Shown here: piece by piece, positions 25,466 to 32,000 of the stretch | How positions within the stretch are numbered: position 1 is the first letter of the stretch | Layout of the letters: each line of letters starts with the position of its first letter | Assembly (NCBI RefSeq): GCF_000820505.1 | Contig: NZ_JWJD01000004.1 | Location: forward strand, 96,955-128,954 | Direction: 5' to 3' | Length of the DNA: 32,000 nucleotides | DNA from: Geoalkalibacter ferrihydriticus DSM 17813 | Lineage (GTDB): Bacteria; Desulfobacterota; Desulfuromonadia; Desulfuromonadales; Geoalkalibacteraceae | The notes under the pieces: generated by a model | Told to the model about the DNA's origin: nothing | Database searches by the model: none | What the model saw: the letters and a program-made list of their open reading frames with translations, nothing else | Made by a program: the position numbers and the translations under genes

Positions 25466-27366
25466 ATACGTTTCCTTTCTTCCCTGTGCCAGCCTCGGGC
25501 GAGACGGCTTACTCTCTTTTCAGTCGCTCCATCGCGCGCTCAGGTCTTCCCGAAACCTATCTTTTGCAGGAGTTTACCTGCCAACGGCACTCCACAACCC
25601 TGCTATCGGCACTTCCGGGCTATCTGTCATCTATTTCGAGGAGAATGCCGCTCGGCCATCCTTGGCGAGACGCGACCCTTATCGTTCGTAAGCATACCTC
25701 ACTGCCGTATTTCATTTACTTCGACGAGAAGGAAAATCGAGACAGATGGGTGGACAGGCTTGCGGGAATCGACTCTTCCCAGCCGATAACAATGGCGCTG
25801 GGGTTGACCAGCTACCCTCGCGGAATGCTTTCTATCCATCCCAGATATTGTCCGACCTGTGTTCAAGTAGACCGCGACAACTATGGTTTTCCCTGGTTCC
25901 GACGCGAGCATCTGTTGCCAGGAGTGGCGGTCTGCTGGCGGCATGGTACGGCCTTAGCTCAGGGTTGCAGCCGCTGTGGTCCGTATCCCATAAAAGGCAG
26001 AGCCCTGAGCATGGCCGGCAGATGTCTCTGCCAGGAGGGAATAAATCCGCTGCCAGTCCATGCCGACCTACCGGAAGACACCGAACCACTTCTCTGGCTC
26101 GCTCGGCAGAGTGCTTGGATGGTGAACTCGCCAGGAAGCCCCTTCGGTGGCATCAGGGCGACCTTGCGGGAGAAAGTCCTGGAGAAAGGTTTCGGGCGAG
26201 GTTCCTTGATTGAGCCACGTCGGCTCGCAAAAGCTATTGAGGAGAGATTCGGAAGGCAAACTCTGGAATGGCTGGGAACTCCTGCCTGGGAAGGGGAAAG
26301 ACCTGCGGCATGGCTCCGGAGACTTCTTTCAGGACAACTCGACGGGAAGAAGCGCAGCCCTGCCCTCCTCTTCCTTATCATCATTGGAACGCTCTACGAA
26401 TCGTTAGAGGCTTTTGAAAAAACAGCAGAAGATCTATCTCGACCTGAGACAATCGAAGAAGAACTGGTGCTGCCGACCTGGAGCGCAGATCTTTTTCGGC
26501 TCCTTCAAACCGGTGAATGCGGCCTACCCGGAATCTCCAAGCAACTTGGGATCTCGACCTATCGGCTCATTGAGAAAATTCGCCAACGTGGCTGGCGCGT
26601 TCCTCTTTCCCACCAGACTCGAAAAAAACTGGGAGACGCGAAGATCTCTGCAATCAAGGAAGATTTTATGCAGGGGATGGAGAAAACACAGATCATGCGC
26701 CACCACGGTTGCAGCGAATGGGCACTCACTTTGATTGAACTGGATGAACCTGGGCTAAACGCCAGCTTCCGAGGTGCTGCGAAGCTTATAACGCAAGAAC
26801 GAAACCGCGCTCGGTTGCGCGACCATCTCTCCGCAAACCCGACTGCAACCCGAATCGATATCTTGGAAGGTCTGCCCGGTGTTTATGACTATATGCTTAA
26901 ACAGGATAAGGAGTGGTTCTACAAACAAATTTCCGAGAAAAAGGCCGCGGCGCCAACTCCCAGGAAAAGCAGAGTCGACTGGGCCCTTCTCGATCAGAAT
27001 AAGGCGATAGAGATCGCGGGCGTATTTGACGAGATGCTGGCATCGGGCCCAAAACCAGTGCAGGCGACCGCCACTGCAGCCCTGAAAAGGGCCGGCCTTC
27101 TACGACAATATAGCAATGATCCTACCAAATTCCCCCTGGTTGCCGGCATCCTTCAAGAGCGTTCCGAATCGCGGCAAAACTTTATCCGGCGCCGCCTAGC
27201 CTGGGCGGTGGAGCAAATGGCCAATTCCGGAGACCCCATCTCAATCAACAAGCTTCGCCGAGTCGCCTCCCTTCCGGCAGAAACTATGAGAGATCACAGG
27301 CAAGAAGTCATTAACCTAGCGGAGCAGATGAACACCGCTATCGATGGAGGATCATTTTTTGCGTAA
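25462..27366 (+). CDS. tniQ: TniQ/TnsD-family target selector
   Basis: 634 aa. ATGA overlap with tnsC. TniQ-type N-terminus FPFFPVPASGETAYSLFSRSIARSG. Cys/His cluster CPTCV...CWRHG...CSRCG. The long C-terminal extension resembles TnsD. Confidence 0.8.
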   Translation: MNTFPFFPVPASGETAYSLFSRSIARSGLPETYLLQEFTCQRHSTTLLSALPGYLSSISRRMPLGHPWRDATLIVRKHTSLPYFIYFDEKENRDRWVDRLAGIDSSQPITMALGLTSYPRGMLSIHPRYCPTCVQVDRDNYGFPWFRREHLLPGVAVCWRHGTALAQGCSRCGPYPIKGRALSMAGRCLCQEGINPLPVHADLPEDTEPLLWLARQSAWMVNSPGSPFGGIRATLREKVLEKGFGRGSLIEPRRLAKAIEERFGRQTLEWLGTPAWEGERPAAWLRRLLSGQLDGKKRSPALLFLIIIGTLYESLEAFEKTAEDLSRPETIEEELVLPTWSADLFRLLQTGECGLPGISKQLGISTYRLIEKIRQRGWRVPLSHQTRKKLGDAKISAIKEDFMQGMEKTQIMRHHGCSEWALTLIELDEPGLNASFRGAAKLITQERNRARLRDHLSANPTATRIDILEGLPGVYDYMLKQDKEWFYKQISEKKAAAPTPRKSRVDWALLDQNKAIEIAGVFDEMLASGPKPVQATATAALKRAGLLRQYSNDPTKFPLVAGILQERSESRQNFIRRRLAWAVEQMANSGDPISINKLRRVASLPAETMRDHRQEVINLAEQMNTAIDGGSFFA

Positions 27367-27639
27367 CGCGAAATGCATCCTCCAAACCACGTTGCCGGAA
27401 CAGTTTTCAGGCAGTCTCAGTACCGTGACTTTTCAAACATAAAAAGGGCTATTTTCATTTGAGGGTTGAGGTGGCCCTTTCTGCAGGCACCTTCCATTAC
27501 CCTCTCTCGGCGCGACACCTTTGGCATGGTCTTTGATTATTACTACAAGACAGGAGTTTGGCAGAATTTGACTGGATGGCGATGGGGTAGGTTTCATGCG
27601 AAGCGATATGTCCTTGAAAGAAAAAGGAACTAAAAACAA

Positions 27640-28098
27640 CTATTCAGGAGGCTTAAAAGTGGGGACTTCAAGCAGGGGGAGCAACATTGGCTTAAAACCA
27701 CAACGGGCTGTAAGGGAATATGCATGCTCTCGCAAATAGGGAAATAAGATCAGAGGAGCATTTCTTTGTGCCCAGTGGTCAATATGCTCCACAGGAAACT
27801 CACTTTCATCAACTTTGAAATTGCCAACAATTTCAATTCTCATTGAAAAAGGAGCCGAGTTTTCCTTTTCATCTTCTTCGAAGCCGACCTCAAGCTTCAA
27901 AGAAACACTGATCTCTTTATCTTCCTCATCATACTCACTATGACCTACCATAAGAGAGAACCTGCCCCCTTCGACACCTTTATCTTCGCTAGGGGGTCCA
28001 TTCGCTGAAATAAATAATTCTTTGACCAACACACCTTGGACTTGAATGGGATGATATTTAGTCAAAGGAACTCCCTCTTTTTTCTCAGCCATTGACAA
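27640..28098 (-). CDS. SecB-like chaperone
   Basis: 152 aa (the start is TTG at 28098 or ATG at 28092). It aligns by eye with E. coli SecB. IQVQGVLVKELFISANGPP matches FQIQRIYTKDISFEAPNAP. NAPLILFPYLREHAYSLTARCGFKPMLLPLLE matches [32 protein letters not shown]. Confidence 0.75.
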   Translation of the reverse strand: MSMAEKKEGVPLTKYHPIQVQGVLVKELFISANGPPSEDKGVEGGRFSLMVGHSEYDEEDKEISVSLKLEVGFEEDEKENSAPFSMRIEIVGNFKVDESEFPVEHIDHWAQRNAPLILFPYLREHAYSLTARCGFKPMLLPLLEVPTFKPPE

Positions 28099-28100
28099 AC

Positions 28101-28406
28101 CTAAGCAGCCAATTTGAAGGGGATGTAATTTACATCCTTGTCAGGAGAAGAGAAAATATCATGTTTAATGCTTTTTCTATATCTCTTCTCAGACTTTGAT
28201 GTTGAATATTTGATTTCGCCAAAAAATAAATTTTCTCCAGGCGCAAAAGTAAACGCTTCGTTTAGGTTGGACAATACAGGTTTTTTTACATGCTTATAAA
28301 AATCATAATTAGACTTTTCAAGAATAGCATCAACCTCTGCGTCGGTGGCAGCTTCAAAAAATGTCTCAATTCGATCCTTTAAGTTTTCTGTCCATTTCTT
28401 TTCCAT
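28101..28406 (-). CDS. Small protein of unknown function (antitoxin candidate by position)
   Basis: 101 aa. The ATG at 28406 is 2 nt after the upstream stop, and its own stop is 2 nt before the SecB-like ORF. The N-terminal half is acidic and the C-terminal tail is basic (KSEKRYRKSIKHD). Confidence 0.6.
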   Translation of the reverse strand: MEKKWTENLKDRIETFFEAATDAEVDAILEKSNYDFYKHVKKPVLSNLNEAFTFAPGENLFFGEIKYSTSKSEKRYRKSIKHDIFSSPDKDVNYIPFKLAA

Positions 28407-28408
28407 CT

Positions 28409-28936
28409 TTAATACCCTTTATAGTGTAAGTGCATACTCAAAATGTTTTGTGTATTCCTTACGCAAATTAAAACTGGATTATACAGAAACAGCCTTTCTC
28501 CAACCTTAAGGTCTTTTTTCCACACAAAGCTGCATTTGACTACATCTGCGCCTTCCAAAAGAGCAACGAAATTAATTGCTACAGCGTCGGTTACGTCCTT
28601 TTTCCCTCGTGCTATGAGATTTTCCTTTGCGACCTTTACAGCTTCTGCATGCTCATAGGTATTAAGGTTAAGGCACCTACCCAAATTAATTGTAGCACAA
28701 ATAACACCAATTTGCGGATCGGCAAGCCCTCTTTCTCTCGCGGCTCTTCTGCCCTCTCGCTCAGCGAAATAAGAGGATGACTCATGGAAGTATACCCCAT
28801 CACCTAACCAGTGCCGGGGACCTGTGCTAGGGTTAAAACCTTCCTTAAATATCTTGCCAGCAGAAATGAGCGTGGTGCCATGATATGCGTCTGGGACGAT
28901 TTTTTGAATATATTCAATCGTGGATTTTTTGCTCAT
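28409..28936 (-). CDS. ART-fold (PARP-catalytic-like / DUF3990-like) protein, toxin candidate
   Basis: 175 aa. Ordered motifs are AYHGTTLISAGKIFKEGF (H19), WLGDGVYFHESSSYF (Y49), IGVICATINLG and LFLYNPVLICV. These parallel PARP WHGSR / GKGIYFA / IGLILLGEVALG / LLYNEYIVY. Pro154 sits where the catalytic Glu would align. Confidence 0.5.
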   Translation of the reverse strand: MSKKSTIEYIQKIVPDAYHGTTLISAGKIFKEGFNPSTGPRHWLGDGVYFHESSSYFAEREGRRAARERGLADPQIGVICATINLGRCLNLNTYEHAEAVKVAKENLIARGKKDVTDAVAINFVALLEGADVVKCSFVWKKDLKVGERLFLYNPVLICVRNTQNILSMHLHYKGY

Positions 28937-29974
28937 GTTCCGGATGAGCCCTCAGCTCCCTAGCAGGGCCTAATCAGAAGAAGATTAGTTTTAGGATAAA
29001 ATACAAGATACCAAATTTTTCGCAAATAAAAACTTAATCAATATTATTTTTAGTATGGAGTCACAGCCGGCAAAACTCGGCAAATCGGCCTGGACAGTTA
29101 TTCTGTCCAGAAAGGGTGTGTGCTATCGGTAGTGGATGGTGAAGATAACAGACCTGACAAGCTGATGTCCATAAGAATATAAGGAAACCCACAACCACCA
29201 GTCAGGCGTCGCCGCTTCCTTGAGGGGGTTCGCTCTCCAGATTTACGATCATCCCAAACGGTTGCGGATCTCCCTTTTGATGCCAAGTTCCACTTAGATC
29301 AAGTGAGAGTTGCGCATTCACAGCGTCTTCTTCCTTGTCTTCGTATTTGAGTCTTATTTCACCAGAAATCATCCCTTCCTCCATTGGATTGCCTGCTGTA
29401 CATTGGAACGCATTATGTCACGGCTTCAGGGAGATTTAAAGCGGACGCTTTCGGGCGTCCTTTTTCGCACGGGTGCCAGCACAGTTTTCCAGCAATCTCG
29501 GGACCGGGACTTTTCAGACAGAAAGGAAGGGCCATTTTCATCCGCGGGATGAGATGGTCTTTTTCGCAGGTCAGGTGGGAGTTTTTTCCTCACCGGCCTC
29601 GATCTTTGATCTCCCATTATCGATGAGGTATTTGTAGTGCTGGTTGAGATCAAGAGCTAGCTACGCTCTCGTATCCGTCTCGATTCTTGTAAAGGCTCCA
29701 TTTGATTTCCACTTGACGTCCTTCCTCTGGTTTTGCTTTTTTCGCGAGAACGGTTACCTGTTACCTAAGGTCGGATTTCCGATCCAGTTCCAAAGCGGCG
29801 CTTTCCCCCATTGCGACTCCTCCCTGCTTATAGGCCTGGCACATCCGGACCACAAGTTATCCTTAGCAACCTCCGCGCCAATCATTGGAGGACACCCAGC
29901 GGCCAGGGACAAAATGCGAGACCAGTGCCAACCTCCTACAGAGCGCCTATATCTACCGCCGTCTGATCTTGATT

Positions 29975-30185
29975 GAGAGACAAGCTCTGTTAACAGAAAG
30001 GCCCCCTCGGCAAAAATCGCCGAGGGGGCCTTCACTGTTAAAATTTATGATTCAACAACTTGCTAAAAGAAATTGTCACTCGCTCAAACTCGGGAAATGA
30101 GTGACAATTTCTTTTAGCAATTAAGCCCTTTGTAACTACCTGAAATTACATAACCACCAGTGACAAAGACTTTTAGCATTTCACA
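29975..30185. repeat. Candidate Tn7-like left end: four copies of a 20-22-bp motif plus a TGT terminus
   Basis: Copy C (30099-30120, +): GAGTGACAATTTCTTTTAGCAA. Copy B (30060-30081) is its perfect reverse complement. Copy D (30159-30178, +): AGTGACAAAGACTTTTAGCA, 17/20 identical to C. Copy A (29975-29996, +): GAGAGACAAGCTCTGTTAACAG, 16/22 identical to C. Read inward from 30185 on the minus strand, the sequence is TGTGAAATGCTAAAAGTCTTTGTCACTGG. Confidence 0.55.
29998..30032. terminator. Strong orphan hairpin (14-bp perfect stem)
   Basis: AAGGCCCCCTCGGC (29998-30011), a 7-nt loop aaaaatc, then GCCGAGGGGGCCTT (30019-30032). On the minus strand it is followed by TTTCTGTT. No intact gene lies on either side. 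Confidence 0.4.
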
Positions 30186-30304
30186 GAATGGGCACGAGTC
30201 TAGCGGAATTGCCCTGGGCTGTAAAGGGCCAATCCAAAAAGGTTTGACTGACCGCAACAACTCATTTAGACTAACTTTTTTGCCAATCAACCAAGGCGCA
30301 AGAC

Positions 30305-31018
30305 ATGCTGCGGACCCTGTTTTTTGTGGCCACTTTCATCCCCTGGACCCTGGCCTTGCTGCTGATCAGCCTGGCGGTGTCCTTCTTCGGGGCGGATGCC
30401 GTGCACCACTGGGCCAGAGTCTGGGCGCGCGGCGGTTTGCGCCTGGCGGGGCTGCGCGTGCAATGTCGCGGCCGACTCGAATTGGAGCCCGGGCAGGCGG
30501 TGATCTTCATGCCCAATCACCAGAGCAATTTCGACATTCTTGCCCTACTGGCCTGCATTCGGCCACCTTTTCGCTGGCTGGCCAAAAAGGAACTCTTCTC
30601 CATTCCCCTGTTCGGCACGGCCATGCGTCGTGCCGGCTGCATCGCCGTGGACCGTGGCGATCATCAACGGGCGGTAGCGAGCATGGATGAGGCGGCGCGG
30701 CGCATCCACGGCGGCGAATCGGTGGTCATCTTCCCCGAGGGAACGCGCTCCCCAGACGATCAGTTGCTGCCTTTCAAAAAAGGCGGTTTCATGACCGCCA
30801 TCAAGGCGCAGGCGCCGATCATCCCGGTGGCCGTGACCGGCAGCGGCCGGGCACACCGCAAACACAGCCGCAAGATTCGTCCCGGCATTATCCGCGTCAA
30901 CTTTCTGCCCTGCATTGAAACGCATGGGCTGACCACCAATGACCGCGACCAGTTGATGGATGCGGTGCGCCGCGCCCTGAGCGCGAATCTGAGGGAACCT
31001 AAGGCGGACACGACATGA
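30305..31018 (+). CDS. plsC: 1-acyl-sn-glycerol-3-phosphate acyltransferase
   Basis: 237 aa. Hydrophobic N-terminus, acyltransferase HX4D motif NHQSNFD, and the FPEGTRS motif. Very GC-rich: the line 30421-30480 is 46/60 GC. Confidence 0.85.
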   Translation: MLRTLFFVATFIPWTLALLLISLAVSFFGADAVHHWARVWARGGLRLAGLRVQCRGRLELEPGQAVIFMPNHQSNFDILALLACIRPPFRWLAKKELFSIPLFGTAMRRAGCIAVDRGDHQRAVASMDEAARRIHGGESVVIFPEGTRSPDDQLLPFKKGGFMTAIKAQAPIIPVAVTGSGRAHRKHSRKIRPGIIRVNFLPCIETHGLTTNDRDQLMDAVRRALSANLREPKADTT

Positions 31019-32000
31019 GTGAGAGCATAGAATTGCAGCCTGCCGAGGTACGAATTACCGCCTTGGGCGGGCTGGGCGAAATCGGTCTCAACATGATGGT
31101 CCTCGAAAGCGGCACGGACCTGCTGCTCATTGATTGCGGCCTGATGTTTCCCGAGGCCTACATGCTGGGCATCGATCTGGTCCTGCCCGATATCAGCGCC
31201 ATCCGCCACCGGGTCAAAGACATCCGCGCCCTGGTGCTGACCCATGGCCATGAAGATCACATCGGCGCCATCCCCTATCTGCTTCCGGAGTTAGGCTTTC
31301 CACCGATCTACGGCACCGGTCTCACTCTGGGCCTGCTGCGCAACAAGCTCGAAGAACACGATCTGCTCGATCGCGTCGAGCTGCGCCGGGTGAGTTTACC
31401 CGAAGAAGTTTCCCTGGGCCCCTTTGCAGTGGAGTTCTTCCGCGTCACGCATTCCATCGTCGACGGCGCAGGCTTGGCGATCCGCACCCCGGCGGGCCTG
31501 ATCGTGCATACCGGCGACTTCAAATTCGACAACACCCCGGTGGACGGCAACCGCACCGACATGGCGCGCCTGGCCGGCTACGGCGATCAGGGGGTGCTGC
31601 TGCTGCTTTCCGACTCAACCAACGTCGAGCGCCCGGGCATGACGCTCTCGGAGCGGGTCGTAGGCGACGCCCTGGCCGAGATTCTGCCGCGCTGTCCCCA
31701 TCTGGTGATGGTTTCGACCTTTTCCTCCAATATCCATCGCGTGCAACAGGCGGTGGACGCGGCCGTTGCCTGCGGCCGCAAGGTGCTGCTGAACGGTCGC
31801 AGCATGGTTGCCAACTGCACCGTGGCACGGCAATTAGGCTATCTGCGCATCCCCGACGCGACCCTTATCGACCTGCGCGACCTGCGCGATCTGCCGCGGC
31901 AGGAGGTCATGGTGATCACCACCGGCAGCCAGGCCGAGCCTCTTTCGGCGCTGATGCGCATCGCCATGGCCGACCACAAGCAACTTGAGCTGGAACCGGG
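31015..32000 (+). CDS. rnj: Ribonuclease J (metallo-beta-lactamase/beta-CASP family), 3' end outside the window
   Basis: The ATG at 31015 overlaps the plsC stop (ATGA). Translation: MSESIELQPAEVRITALGGLGEIGLNMMVLE...LVLTHGHEDHIGAIPYL...HTGDFKFD. The frame stays open to the window end. It is absent from the ORF track because no stop is reached. Confidence 0.85.
   Translation, partial: MSESIELQPAEVRITALGGLGEIGLNMMVLESGTDLLLIDCGLMFPEAYMLGIDLVLPDISAIRHRVKDIRALVLTHGHEDHIGAIPYLLPELGFPPIYGTGLTLGLLRNKLEEHDLLDRVELRRVSLPEEVSLGPFAVEFFRVTHSIVDGAGLAIRTPAGLIVHTGDFKFDNTPVDGNRTDMARLAGYGDQGVLLLLSDSTNVERPGMTLSERVVGDALAEILPRCPHLVMVSTFSSNIHRVQQAVDAAVACGRKVLLNGRSMVANCTVARQLGYLRIPDATLIDLRDLRDLPRQEVMVITTGSQAEPLSALMRIAMADHKQLELEP

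Larger units (their letters stand above)
20765..30185 (+). mobile_element. Tn7-like transposon (tnsABC-tniQ plus cargo); right boundary fairly well supported, left boundary unresolved (could be near 19740)
   Basis: The full tnsA-tnsB-tnsC-tniQ set has intact catalytic motifs. AT-rich cargo lies downstream. There are three same-orientation ~20-bp repeats, with a terminus reading 5'-TGTGAAATGCTAAAAG inward from 30185. GC-rich core genes resume right after. Confidence 0.5.

Noticed and set aside
27433-27639. 68-aa minus-strand ORF between tniQ and the SecB-like gene
   Set aside because: No RBS and an implausible sequence. The region is more simply the convergent 3' intergenic spacer, containing a weak hairpin (AAGGGC...GCCCTT around 27445-27490).
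29385-29974. Search for tRNA, tmRNA, RNase P or SRP RNA as a classical attachment target near the left end
   Set aside because: I could not find T-loop (GGTTCGAATCC-like), tmRNA 3' end, RNase P (GAGGAAAGTCCGGGC) or SRP conserved strings on either strand. A covariance-model scan would be needed to exclude them fully.

Overview
This window is a defence island on a GC-rich backbone that ends in core genes. All family calls come from motif recognition by eye; no searches were run. In order: (1) The 3' end of a Wadjet-like operon: an SMC-type ATPase C-terminus running off the left edge, then a Toprim JetD-like gene. (2) A stand-alone SIR2-like (DUF4917-type) gene. (3) About 0.5 kb of apparently decayed coding sequence, then a ~412-aa protein of unknown function. 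(4) A translationally coupled seven-gene type 1 BREX operon (small extra gene, brxA, brxB, brxC, pglX, pglZ, brxL). It has two oddities. The central ~1.5 kb of pglX is strongly AT-shifted, suggesting a mosaic. The BrxL C-terminus looks like a MITD1-type PLD-like (MIT_C) domain rather than a Lon-protease-like domain. (5) An AT-rich orphan gene on the minus strand. (6) A Tn7-like module, tnsA-tnsB-tnsC-tniQ/tnsD. Its cargo is a very AT-rich, tightly packed three-gene minus-strand operon: a PARP/ART-fold-like 175-aa protein, a 101-aa unknown and a SecB-like chaperone. That is the layout of a toxin-antitoxin-chaperone (TAC) module but with an ART-like toxin candidate, and it is my top candidate for an undescribed system. 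(7) A cluster of 20-22-bp repeats ending in ...CACA at 30185, which looks like the transposon left end. (8) plsC and the 5' part of rnj. I saw no rRNA, tRNA or CRISPR array.
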